Below are positions 30,269 to 41,428 of a stretch of DNA of 64,000 bases, piece by piece. The stretch's first letter is position 1. Every line of letters starts with the position of its first letter. Origin of the DNA: a virus; IMG/VR virus record IMGVR_UViG_3300024999_000065, positions 28,136-92,135 of that record; one strand, 5' to 3'. Made by a program: the position numbers and the translations under genes. A model generated the notes under the pieces. The model was not told the origin of the DNA, ran no database searches, and was given only the letters and a program-made list of their open reading frames with translations.

Positions 30269-30959
30269 GTGTATAGTAGAAGCAATTGAAATGTTTGAAG
30301 TATTATCTACAGAGCAAATATATTATTTGATTTTTACTAATATAAAGTTTGGAATTGTTAAGTGTAGAGAAAGATTAAGGGTACTTAAAGAAAAAGGTAA
30401 AATTAATTCAATTAGAGTAGATATTAATGAATGTAATTATTATTTTATAGATAAGAAATCTAAATTTATGATTCATGATATTAATAGAAATTGGGGATAT
30501 ATTTATTTACTTTATCTGTATAAGTTTAAGGAATATTATAAATTTGTTGATATCAATAATGAATATGTTTTTAAATATGGACAAAGAGCAGATGGTATAA
30601 TTGGATTTAAAAATTATGTTACTAATGAATATAGATATGTGATAATTGAAAGTGATAGAGTGGATAGTAGGAATAAATTCAATAAAATTAAAGAGTATAT
30701 TGATATTTATAGAGAAGGTAGATATAAGAAAGAGTTTTGGTATAGTGAAGTTAAAAGATTTCCTCATGTATTAATTGTTTGTGATAGTGAGAAGAAAAAA
30801 GTAAAAGTGTTAGAGATTGAGAAGAGAGATAATATTAAGTTTGTAGTAATTGATGAAAGTATAGGGAAGGAAGTTAAGTTAAGTTTAAAGTTTATTATAG
30901 TTACTGTAGATGAAATAAAAAAGGAGATTATTAACTATGGAAAAAGAATTAGTTATTAA
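30204..30959 (+). CDS. Replication-relaxation (Replic_Relax)-like protein
   Basis: RD..I...LSTEQI, H.I, ADG...IESDR, K..Y, FP.VLIV; typical position after FtsK; ATG 30204 with AAGGTG RBS. Confidence 0.7.
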   Translation: MLENNFKYKNMNTRQKGYYRDKCIVEAIEMFEVLSTEQIYYLIFTNIKFGIVKCRERLRVLKEKGKINSIRVDINECNYYFIDKKSKFMIHDINRNWGYIYLLYLYKFKEYYKFVDINNEYVFKYGQRADGIIGFKNYVTNEYRYVIIESDRVDSRNKFNKIKEYIDIYREGRYKKEFWYSEVKRFPHVLIVCDSEKKKVKVLEIEKRDNIKFVVIDESIGKEVKLSLKFIIVTVDEIKKEIINYGKRISY

Positions 30960-31589
30960 TTTAGAGGAAGTTGCAAAATATATTAGTAAGAAAGCATTAA
31001 TACCATATTCAATTGTTTATAGAGTGTTAGAAGTAGAAACTGAATGGATGGAGGAAAACGTATTTATAGAAGAAGAAATAGGTAATTGAATATAATATTT
31101 GTAATATTATTTGAATCAATCAGAAATGGTTGATTTTTTTATGTGTTTATATAGTTTGTACATTAGGATATTAAAAAATTATAGATTACTACAATATAGA
31201 TGAGAATATGAATTACAATATGAGTCAGAATATATATTAGAATACATATTGTAGAAAATATAAATTACCTTGTCCAATACTATATAATTACTATAAAATT
31301 AAAAAAGACTAAGAAGTTAAAGGAACGAAAACTTCTTATGTGAGATAATTTTAAGTAAATTTTGGGTGGTAGGTGTAGTGGTGTGTGAGTGGTATGGTAT
31401 GTGAAATTGTTTAAATTATGCCCCTTGGTTAATTGATTAATTGAATAATTTATTAGTTAATTATATGGTTATTATATTAATAATTTAAAAATATTACAAT
31501 GAATAAAATTTGAAATAGTGGATATGATATGGGTAAGATTATAATAGGCAAGATAATACAATTAGAAAAAGAAAAAGGAGAAATGTTAC

Positions 31590-31892
31590 ATGGAAAATAA
31601 TATTACAGGTGAATTAAAGAATGAAAATGTTAAAACAAATAGTAATGTTAACGTAAATGTAAAGAATATAATGTACATATCATCAATATTAAGTTTATCA
31701 TTATTTAGTATAGCTGGTTTTAATATTGAAGATGTAGGTAATATGAGTGGTAGTAATATATTAGGAATAGGTGATTTATTTAAAAGTATTAGTTATATAT
31801 GCTATGGATTTGGTGTTTTTAGTTTTAGTTTGTTATGGTATTTGGGTTATAATTATAGGGGTTCATGGATGAATATATATTATGATAGGTAG
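31590..31892 (+). CDS. Membrane protein
   Basis: Two hydrophobic segments; AGGAG RBS. Confidence 0.6.
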   Translation: MENNITGELKNENVKTNSNVNVNVKNIMYISSILSLSLFSIAGFNIEDVGNMSGSNILGIGDLFKSISYICYGFGVFSFSLLWYLGYNYRGSWMNIYYDR

Positions 31893-32063
31893 GGAATAGG
31901 GTAGATAATGTAAATAGATTTGATATGGTTTTTAATCCTCTTTATGAGAATTATTTTTTGTTAAATATAATGGATATAAAATATTAAAATAATTATAGAA
32001 ATATATATATTATGGGTAGATTAATTATATAGAAAAAAATAAACATATAAAGGAGAGATATAA

Positions 32064-32270
32064 ATGAAATGTTTAAAATGTGGTAATACTGATTTAAGTA
32101 TATTGGTTAGAATGATAGTTGAATTTCCTATGGATGAGAATGGGAATATTTATATTAATGATTATGAGGGATATGATGATTTATTAGGTAATGCTATGAG
32201 AGATGTTGAGAGTAAAGATAAAATGTATAGATGTTGGAAATGTGGATTAGAGTGGAGAATTGAAAAGTAG
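32064..32270 (+). CDS. Small zinc-ribbon protein
   Basis: CLKCG...CWKCG. Confidence 0.7.
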   Translation: MKCLKCGNTDLSILVRMIVEFPMDENGNIYINDYEGYDDLLGNAMRDVESKDKMYRCWKCGLEWRIEK

Positions 32271-32744
32271 GTTATAGAATATTATATTGTATAATATAAA
32301 AATTTACCAAAGGTGAAAAAACAATGAATCGCTATAAATCATTGTTAAATAAGCGTTTAAAGCATATAGCATGGACAAGTTGTATTATATTATATACACT
32401 TTATCCGATGGATGTTGACTAAAATGTTATGTGGTAAGGAATTGATGGTTATTTGGTTTAAGTTAAATTTGGTAAATTTTTAGGTTATTATTTAAAACAA
32501 AAATTATAAACAAAAATTAAAATAGTTTATATAGTTAAAAATCTAACCAACGTATCCAAATTAGGTTTAGTTATATTGGTTGGTTTTTGTAAAAGTGATA
32601 TAAATGTAGTGTTGATAATGTTTATTAACGATAAATAAAATATAAAAATAAATATTGACAAGTATATTAATTAGTTGTATAATATCAACAGGCAGAAGTA
32701 TGCCTAATAATAAAATAATAAAAAATATAAAGGAGGAAGGTTAT

Positions 32745-34475
32745 TTGCAAGATGAAATTATTATTAATGATGTAAAGATTCCAGTTATTAAAGAGAGTGA
32801 GGTGATATATTATCCAATTAGTTATATGGGAAGTAAGGTATTATTAAAAATATTAACAGGAAATCAATTAATTAAAAATGGATATGGTGAATATATAAAA
32901 GAATTGAATATTAATTATGGTGAAGATACTGGAGGATTACAAAATACATATTGCATATCTGAAAATGGATTAAGGGTTATATTAAAGAATAGTAAGGTAG
33001 GAAGGTTGAAAGTTGAGCAGAAAAGAGCAATGAATAAAGTTTTAGAATATCTTGATATGGAAACGATTATAGAAGATGAAAGATTTATAAAAACTATAAA
33101 TATAAATAAAAATAAAATATTAGAGTATTCAGAATATACACAAGATTGTATTAATGATGTATTGCAAGAAGATACTAATATAATATGGCAAAAATGTGGT
33201 AAATGTAATAATTATTATCCTTACCATGTTAATTTTTTTGGAGAAAATCCACATGCAGGTCATGAATACCCATTATATACTAATTGTAGAGATTGTAAAT
33301 GGACAGAAGGTAGGAGTAGAGATTGGATTAGATTAAATGATAAATTATTATCTAGCATATATAGAATATGTGGAATTGATACATATAGATTATATAAAAA
33401 TAATAATATAATTGGAATATATAAAGATTGGATAGAAAAACAATATTATAATAAATTGCCTAAAATAATAAACAATAAAGAAAGTTTATTAGTTATAATA
33501 AAGTATTTATATGAAATTGGAAAAATTACTGTAGATAATTTAATTATAAAAAATATTGCTAAAAAATATAAATTATATTCATTAGAACAAAAAGTTAAAT
33601 CTAATGAAATATATCAATATTTATTCAACGATGATCCAATTAATTATCCTTGGAAATATCCACATTTTTTATTACCTCAAGATATGAAATTTAATCAATA
33701 TAAAAAAATATTTAATAATTATATGGAGATTAATAATATAAAAATAGATAGTATATATGATTTTGATTATTATAATATATGTAAAAAATGCAGATTAGTT
33801 AGTTATATGAATAGCGATTTGTTAGGATTTGTTATGAAATATTATGATAATAAATATTCTGCTTATAAATTTAAAATTAAATCAGTTAATTATTGGAAAG
33901 ATAAAAATAATAGAATACAAGCGTTAAAATATTTAATTGAAGAAGATATGAAAACACCAATTGAAAAAGTACCATTATATTTAACATTAACTACTATACG
34001 TAAAATACCAAATAATGATACATTATATCATTTATTAAGAAAATATTATAAAAGTAATCTATGGGAATGGGTAAATGAAGTTTATCCTAATAAATTTGTT
34101 GAAGAAGATTTTAATATTGGTGTTATTAGGAATGTATTTGATAGTGCAGAAGAACATACTATACATGATATTTTATATGGTAAATTTAAAAATGTATTAT
34201 ATAATCAAAGAAATACAAAGAATACAATCAGAATATCAGGAATGGAACCAGATTGGTTTATATTTACTGATAATGGGGTATGGGTAATTGAATATTTTGG
34301 GATAAGTATGAATAATAAAGATTATAACACAAGAGTTACATTTTATAAAAAGAAAACATTAAAGAAAATAGGTAAATATGAAGGTATGAAATGGTTAGGA
34401 AAAGTTTATATTTATCCTGAAGATTTAAAGGATAATTTTAAAGGATTAGAGGAAAAGTTAAAGTTAATTAGTTAG
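32745..34475 (+). CDS. Multidomain protein: antirepressor-like N-terminus, zinc finger, DUF4046-like repeat, C-terminal PD-(D/E)xK-like nuclease
   Basis: TTG 32745 after AGGAGG (the track start is the TTGACA -35 box); CGKC..CRDC; YWKDKNNRIQALKYLIEE; PDWF...IEYFG. Confidence 0.6.
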   Translation: MQDEIIINDVKIPVIKESEVIYYPISYMGSKVLLKILTGNQLIKNGYGEYIKELNINYGEDTGGLQNTYCISENGLRVILKNSKVGRLKVEQKRAMNKVLEYLDMETIIEDERFIKTININKNKILEYSEYTQDCINDVLQEDTNIIWQKCGKCNNYYPYHVNFFGENPHAGHEYPLYTNCRDCKWTEGRSRDWIRLNDKLLSSIYRICGIDTYRLYKNNNIIGIYKDWIEKQYYNKLPKIINNKESLLVIIKYLYEIGKITVDNLIIKNIAKKYKLYSLEQKVKSNEIYQYLFNDDPINYPWKYPHFLLPQDMKFNQYKKIFNNYMEINNIKIDSIYDFDYYNICKKCRLVSYMNSDLLGFVMKYYDNKYSAYKFKIKSVNYWKDKNNRIQALKYLIEEDMKTPIEKVPLYLTLTTIRKIPNNDTLYHLLRKYYKSNLWEWVNEVYPNKFVEEDFNIGVIRNVFDSAEEHTIHDILYGKFKNVLYNQRNTKNTIRISGMEPDWFIFTDNGVWVIEYFGISMNNKDYNTRVTFYKKKTLKKIGKYEGMKWLGKVYIYPEDLKDNFKGLEEKLKLIS

Positions 34476-35238
34476 ATAATTAGATGATTTAATTAATCGT
34501 ACATATGAAATGACAATATTTATAATATAAAAATAATTATTTATAATCCATTGATATTACTTATTTTAGTAGTATTGATGGATTTGTTTTATTGTTAGAA
34601 TAAGGTATAATTAATATAGTGTATATAATAATATAGTGGGTGATGGATAAATATTGTTTATGTTGTTTTATATAGAATTGATACGAATATAATACGATAT
34701 AAAATAGGTTAGTCGCATCGTTATTTAAATTTGATGGGTGTTGGGAATTGATCTGGTGGCATATGATAATGATAATCACTCTCAATTTGTAAACCATGCC
34801 CCGGTCTGCTCATCCATCTTTGAATAACTCTAAATATCTCTACATAATTAACCTTATGTGGTGAATTGTTGGATAGAATTGGTAGTATTGGGAATAAATA
34901 GTGTATTTGAGTTGTTTGTTTTGCCGGTTGTGTATATGTATAAATGCTAGTAAAGTTATGAGCGGAACCATAATAAACTATTTTATCGTAGATTATTTTG
35001 AGGGTAAAAATAGTTAAAATAATGACACAAATAAACCTTAAATAAAGCCAAAATAAGCCTCTATAATCTATCTATAGGTATAAATCCCTAGAACTATATT
35101 TACATTTGATGTCGTAGTCGTGAGGCTGTGTAGGATAAAATAAGGTAAGATAGATAAGGTAAGCTGGCTATAGTCGAACCGGAAACAATGAGAGGGTAAT
35201 CTGTGAAGCTGTGAAACAAAATGATAAAATAAATATAT

Positions 35239-35254
35239 TGTTCCACGTGGAACA
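35239..35254. promoter_or_regulatory. parS (ParB/Spo0J-binding) palindrome
   Basis: TGTTCCACGTGGAACA matches the bacterial parS consensus. Confidence 0.85.
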
Positions 35255-35399
35255 ATGAGTGCTATAGTATACATTTTGGGTACTGTAGCACTCACTCGGA
35301 AAGTATAACATTTGACAGTTTTTGTAACTATTGTATTAGTGTACTAGCAATCTCATACACTGTATCAAAATGAAACACAATTACACAGTGTGTAACTTT

Positions 35400-36680
35400 A
35401 TACAACGTATATAAATAAACAATATATAATAATATACAAATACAATATATCTAACAACTCCGACCACTAAAACAGAACAACATAAAACATAATATACATA
35501 TATCTATATATTCAGATAATACAATATACTATACCAGTGTACTACCTTACTCATACACTCAAATTAATCTCCAATTCCCCACTTTACCCACTTTACATTA
35601 ATAATAGATAAATAAAATAATAAACAATACTATAAATTATCTATAAAATACATAAACATATAATAATATTATCTAAATTATCTATAATATCTATACAATA
35701 AAACTATACTAAACCAGTATACAATTAAACATACATATAATATCTACTATGTACCATACTAAAATATATAAAACTAACAACTAATAAAACTATACATGAC
35801 AGCTATTTTATTACCAGTCATGATACTAAATAAATTAACATCGTTACCAATACCACTATAGACATGATACCATTTTATATTGCTATATGTTACTCTATGT
35901 TACCACAATAATTTCTCCTTAAATAGTATCACTAAAAAAAACAATATAATATACTATATTATATTAAAATAAGTTATATGATACCTATACATATAGACCA
36001 TATACCATATCATGCTACCATTTATATCAGCATCACAATACCAGCATGTTACCAAACAATTATACAAATATATTAACCTTGTTGCTATCTCTAATCTAAC
36101 ACACATACTAACATATAATGCTTTACTGCTACCACATTAAACAAATATCATGCTATCATAAGTTACCATCAATAATGGTATCAACAAAGTATCACTCATA
36201 TAAATAAACTAATCAATTCTAACATCAACAAAATATCACCTAATACTTACCAAATTCAAATTCCCACACCTCATAAAACCAATACACCTACACGTTAAAA
36301 TAATTATACCTGCCTTAAATCCTCTCACAACGCATATAAACCCTATTGTAGTATACCTTAAATTTAAACGTAAAATAAAATCACATATACTAGCACATAC
36401 AGAATATAAAAATAAATTTATCCACTATAAAACTAAACAAATAATTATATAAACTATTCCAAAATATCACATATAAACAACTAATATAATACTTAGATAA
36501 AGTTTAATAAATCTATATAAATATTATAAACTAATTCATATCAATTTTACAATCAAATACCACATGCAAACCATAAACAACCACTAAATATATCTATAAT
36601 ATATATAAACAAATATATCTAATATCTATATTATCTACAACACCCTAACAAACAATCTAACACAATATAAAAATAATACT
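35400..36680. repeat. G-depleted non-coding region with iteron-like short repeats (putative origin or terminus)
   Basis: About 11 copies of TG(A/T/C)TAC(C)A-like motifs at 35819-36168; many TATCTA; no ORFs. Confidence 0.55.
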
Positions 36681-36756
36681 GTACATTCTAACCCTATTTT
36701 GATATAATAGTAGTTGAACTATACATAATTTTAAATTTTTTAAGGAGGCAGACACA

Positions 36757-37041
36757 ATGACAAGAACATACGGAACAATTAAAGAGGTCTATATTGCCGG
36801 ACAAGGTTGGGTAGCTTACAACTCACAACCACTTAATACTATGGTTATGCTAAATGTAGAATATGACGTATATAACGAAAACGGCGAAGTAGTAAGTAGT
36901 GGAACTGAGGACTTCTCTTGGGAGCGTTGGGTAAGAACACAAGGAATAAACATAAACGCTACAATGGCAATAGAAACCTTGCAAGTATTGTCTTGGTTTG
37001 CTAACATTTCGTCAACTTCAATGTCAGACACAGACTTATAG
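36757..37041 (+). CDS. Hypothetical protein (3' part possibly rearranged)
   Basis: Promoter and AGGAGG RBS upstream. Confidence 0.55.
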   Translation: MTRTYGTIKEVYIAGQGWVAYNSQPLNTMVMLNVEYDVYNENGEVVSSGTEDFSWERWVRTQGININATMAIETLQVLSWFANISSTSMSDTDL

Positions 37042-37179
37042 TAACATACACAATGATTATGGTAAATGCTGTATAATTTTTCTGGACTTTTACCATTGTC
37101 TTTACACTGGTTTAATTTGGTTAATAAGGCTGTTTCCATTGTATTGGTATTTTCTGTAGTAGTAATAGAATTGTTATAA

Positions 37180-37398
37180 ATGAAACAAAATTATGTAAAT
37201 TTTACAGAAAGAGTAAGATTGGAAAATTATAAAATAGAGGTAAAAAGACTGGAAGATAAAATAAAAAAATTGTTATATTATGTAGAATCACCATTCTGTG
37301 ACACTAGAAGATATTATACAGAAAAAATTAAGGAATATAGTAAAAAAATAGAAGAATTAAAACATGTAATATCTACCATAACAGTTATAACAGATTAA
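37180..37398 (+). CDS. Hypothetical coiled-coil protein
   Basis: 72 aa; no clear RBS. Confidence 0.45.
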   Translation: MKQNYVNFTERVRLENYKIEVKRLEDKIKKLLYYVESPFCDTRRYYTEKIKEYSKKIEELKHVISTITVITD

Positions 37399-37491
37399 TC
37401 TTAGTCTTTTTTGAATGCAGGAGTGACAAAAATTAAATACGGTCAACCTGCATTTTATAAAGGATTATAAATAAAAAGGAGATTGATAACT

Positions 37492-37890
37492 ATGACAAAT
37501 ATTAACATCAATAACTTAAAACTGGCTCATAAAGTTTATACTGAATTAACAGATTTATACAAAACAGGTTGTAGGGAAATACCACAGTATTTTACAGTAG
37601 TTAAAAATTATGTAAACCTGCAATATCATCCAAATAAAAATAACAGTATATGGGAATTAGACGGTAAAACTTATTCAATGTACCATACATTTTCCAGCAA
37701 ATACCAGGACATTAGTTTTAACCAGTTTTTGGAAGATGTTACAATGATGATTTACCGTTTGAATGGTGGGACAGAATATAATACTATAACACTAATTGAT
37801 TTTTTGGCAAGTGAGGAATACCTTGAGATATTAGACGATTATTTACAAGGACAATCAGAAAATGGTAGAAATGAAGTATACTGGATTTAA
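37492..37890 (+). CDS. Hypothetical protein
   Basis: AAGGAG RBS before ATG 37492. Confidence 0.7.
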   Translation: MTNININNLKLAHKVYTELTDLYKTGCREIPQYFTVVKNYVNLQYHPNKNNSIWELDGKTYSMYHTFSSKYQDISFNQFLEDVTMMIYRLNGGTEYNTITLIDFLASEEYLEILDDYLQGQSENGRNEVYWI

Positions 37891-37983
37891 TTTTTTTACA
37901 TAGAGCAGGTTAATGTTATTTTCAAAAATTGATTTAACCTGCTTTTTATAAAGAGATTAACTAAACCAAACTAAATAAAGAAG

Positions 37984-38334
37984 GTGAAACAATTGCAAAG
38001 CATACAATATATTACAAAATATACTATAACTATCAACAGAGGCACCATCACAGAAGATATACAAAAACTAGAAATCTATAAAGAAACACCTAAAATTTAC
38101 TATGTTAAATATCACCATCCGCATAAAATCCACAAAATAGAAGATATCAATGTAATAGCCTATAGTGCCTGGAATCATTATGATGGTAGTCTATCATCTT
38201 GGATTTATTTACTAGATGAATCATTAATTCCAGAATATAGGAATAAAATTTTAAATGGCTATAAAAATGGTTTATCAAACCATAAAACAGCTATTATGTT
38301 AAATTTGGAAGCAATTATTAATTATATTAAATAA
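37984..38334 (+). CDS. Hypothetical protein
   Basis: 116 aa in operon. Confidence 0.65.
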   Translation: MKQLQSIQYITKYTITINRGTITEDIQKLEIYKETPKIYYVKYHHPHKIHKIEDINVIAYSAWNHYDGSLSSWIYLLDESLIPEYRNKILNGYKNGLSNHKTAIMLNLEAIINYIK

Positions 38335-38352
38335 TAAAAGGAGTGTTATTTA

Positions 38353-38583
38353 ATGGTAAAATTAACCTGCATAGTTTGTGGAAAAGAAAACACCAGCGAC
38401 GATCTACTCTACTGCTCCAACAAATGCTACAATTTAGACGTTGCACAACCACAAAAACCAGCAACAAAATTAAAATCTAAAAAATCCAAACAACCTGCAC
38501 ATTATCCCGAACCAAACGAATTTTACACCTGCAACTGTCGCGGAGCCGGATGTCCACAATGCCAACCAAAAAAATATTTATAA
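38353..38583 (+). CDS. Small zinc-finger protein
   Basis: CIVCG...YCSNKC and CNC...CPQC. Confidence 0.7.
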   Translation: MVKLTCIVCGKENTSDDLLYCSNKCYNLDVAQPQKPATKLKSKKSKQPAHYPEPNEFYTCNCRGAGCPQCQPKKYL

Positions 38584-38752
38584 ATTAGAGCTGAAAAGCT
38601 CTAATTTATTTTCTTTGCACGGCCAAAATTATTTTTCAAATATAATTTAAACAACTATAAAAATAATTGTATAAACATATACATAATTTAATATAAATCA
38701 AACTATTTTATATAAATTATTTTAAAAAATATAAAAATAAATATCCTAAAAA

Positions 38753-38781
38753 GAAGGTATTAAAAAAATTTTGGCGAATAC
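38753..38781 (+). promoter_or_regulatory. sigma-H-type promoter
   Basis: GAAGGTATT-11-GGCGAATAC. Confidence 0.6.
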
Positions 38782-38825
38782 TATAGTAGCAACAAAATAA
38801 AATAAAAACAGGGAGGCAACAATAA

Positions 38826-39203
38826 ATGGCTACATATCATGTTTGGACGATGGGGAATGGTGTATACGGCAACGCAACAATATCAAAAATGGAAATCCGC
38901 GACGTACCCGGACGTCACATAGGGTACGCATATTCCAAAAAGGAAATTTCCCAGGTTATAGCTGAATTTGAAGCAGAAGAAGCTAGACAGCAGACTCCGG
39001 AATATTTAGTACCGTTGTTAAATGCCAGCCTAAAAGGATACTGGCAAGTTTGGAGAACTGGCAAAAAAGAAAAAGATTTGCTAGAATCTTTTTTGCAGGA
39101 CGGAATCGCTTCGGATCGTCCGTATACCTTACAGGAAGTGGAAGAAAAATATTACTGCATTTACAACGGCCATAATTTTACAATCAAGGAGGTGACAAAA
39201 TAA
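38826..39203 (+). CDS. Hypothetical protein
   Basis: GGGAGG RBS. Confidence 0.7.
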   Translation: MATYHVWTMGNGVYGNATISKMEIRDVPGRHIGYAYSKKEISQVIAEFEAEEARQQTPEYLVPLLNASLKGYWQVWRTGKKEKDLLESFLQDGIASDRPYTLQEVEEKYYCIYNGHNFTIKEVTK

Positions 39204-39914
39204 TGCTAAACTGGAACGATTTAACTTTTGTATATGTAGAATTTACCAACGGCAATAAGGGCTTTACCCTTTATAACCCGCAAACTATAATTAACTTAAA
39301 TTTGCAATATCCTGGTAAATGTCAGTTTAACTACTAAATATAAATTTCCGGTTTTTGGTTATCCGCTAAAACCATATAATATACAAATATTAGGAGGATA
39401 CAAAAATGACTAACAACACAAACTCCAATTTTTGGGTATGGATAACTGCATTGAACGAAAACAACGAACCATTTGAATTTTTGGACAAAATATCAGCAAC
39501 AAACCGCTGGCAAGCTGAAGCAAAAGCCCTAGATCAATATCGTTGGGCACAATCAGCAAAAGCAGTATAAAATATAAATATATATAAATACAATTATAAC
39601 TTAAACCCTTCACCGGGTTTATTTTTTTGCTCATCCCTAATAATTCCCCACCTCACACAATCAATTTTAAGACCACTATAATATATTTTACCCACTTCAA
39701 CACCTATAATTCCTGAAATCAACTCTCACAGCGATTATTATATAAACATAGATATAATAACTATTCAATCAATTATCTATCAACTATTTAATAACTATCT
39801 AACAACTTTCTAACCATACCAAATACTTATACAAATATAAGCAAACTTATATATAATATCTACATTCCAACCAACAAAAAATAAAAATAAATAATTAAAA
39901 AAAATTATAAAAAA

Positions 39915-39944
39915 GAAGGATAAATTAAACCCGTTGGCGAATAC
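39915..39944 (+). promoter_or_regulatory. sigma-H-type promoter
   Basis: GAAGGATAA-12-GGCGAATAC. Confidence 0.65.
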
Positions 39945-39981
39945 TATATTAATATATTTATTTTATAGGAGGTATTCAAAA

Positions 39982-41250
39982 ATGACCGAAACAACTGAAA
40001 AGATTATCCTTTGCGCTCATTGCAAACTTGATTTTACCTTATCGGAACTAACCGAGATTAATTATGACTACTATTGCCAAGAATGTATTGATGAAAATTA
40101 TACCAAGTGTAGCGAATGCAGAGAATTAACCCACAACGACGATATTAAACATGATTGTTCCGATAATGCTTACTGTGAGAGTTGTTACAACGATAATATA
40201 ATTATTTGCCACCATTGCAAAGACGCTATACATATTAATGATGCAGAGACAACTACCAACGGAGATCATTATTGTTATGATTGTTTTAATAATCATTCTA
40301 CCCGTTGCGACTGGTGTGGAGAAGTCCACCATAACGATGACATACATAGCAACGATCATAACCAGGATTTATGCGAAAATTGTTGGGAAAATGCCAGTCA
40401 TTGTGAGAATTGTGGCGAATGGCTACCAGACGATCAAATTTTTGAATATGACGGTAATACATATTGTGAGCAATGTTATAACAATATTGACAAATTTATC
40501 CATCCTTACGGACATAAACCAGATCCAATTTTTCACGGTAACACTTCAGACTTTTTGGGAGTTGAAGTTGAACTTGACGAAGGTGGTAAAAGTGAAGCCA
40601 ACGCCGAAGGATTATTAGAAATCATGAATTTTCAAACTGAGGATAAAATTTACATTAAAGAAGATGGTTCCCTGAATGATGGATTTGAAATAGTCTCTCA
40701 CCCGGCAACACTAGAGCAACACCTTACAATATTTGATTGGGAAGCACTCTTAACAGAATGTATCAATTTAGGTTATACCTCCCACGATGCAGGCACTTGT
40801 GGAATGCACGTACATATCAGCAGGGATGCATTCGGCAACACTGAAATTGAGCAGGACTTAAATATTACCAAACTTTTACTTATAACAGAAATATTCTGGG
40901 ACAAATTGGTAACATTTAGTCGCCGGGACGAAGTTCAATTATTAAGATGGGCTAAAAGATACGGATTGACTTCAGATTCGGACGAACTACTTAAAACTGC
41001 TAAACGATCCAATCGTTACCATGCAGTTAATTTAGATAATTTCCATACGGTAGAATTAAGAATTTTTCGAGGCACTCTAAATTATACAACTTTTGCAGCA
41101 ACACTTCAATTCTGTCAACTACTTCTGGATACTTGCCGAAACTATAAAATCCAAGATATTCAGCAAATAACCTGGGATAAAGTAACAGCTCATGCCAGCA
41201 AATACGAATATACAGAACTCCAAGAGTATCTCCAAAAAAGAGGTTTATAA
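39982..41250 (+). CDS. Amidoligase (COOH-NH2 ligase type) with N-terminal tandem CxxC zinc-ribbon repeats
   Basis: GVEVE, DGSL..GFEIVSHP, TCGMHVH, RYHAVN, TVELRIFRG; ATG 39982 after AGGAGG. Confidence 0.85.
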   Translation: MTETTEKIILCAHCKLDFTLSELTEINYDYYCQECIDENYTKCSECRELTHNDDIKHDCSDNAYCESCYNDNIIICHHCKDAIHINDAETTTNGDHYCYDCFNNHSTRCDWCGEVHHNDDIHSNDHNQDLCENCWENASHCENCGEWLPDDQIFEYDGNTYCEQCYNNIDKFIHPYGHKPDPIFHGNTSDFLGVEVELDEGGKSEANAEGLLEIMNFQTEDKIYIKEDGSLNDGFEIVSHPATLEQHLTIFDWEALLTECINLGYTSHDAGTCGMHVHISRDAFGNTEIEQDLNITKLLLITEIFWDKLVTFSRRDEVQLLRWAKRYGLTSDSDELLKTAKRSNRYHAVNLDNFHTVELRIFRGTLNYTTFAATLQFCQLLLDTCRNYKIQDIQQITWDKVTAHASKYEYTELQEYLQKRGL

Positions 41251-41428
41251 ACACAATGTAAAAATAATTATACCTGCCATAATGAGCAGGTATTTTTTAT
41301 GTTCAATTAAATTGTATCAAAATAAAAACAATTTACTTGCTAATAACATCTCACTATGCTATAATATAAATTGATCATAATTTTCTGAAAATTAACTACA
41401 ATTATAAAATAACAGGAGGGTAATAACT

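Noticed and set aside
34561-35295. ORFs 34561..34797 and 35068..35295
   Set aside because: No RBS, atypical composition, and one overlaps parS; treated as non-coding
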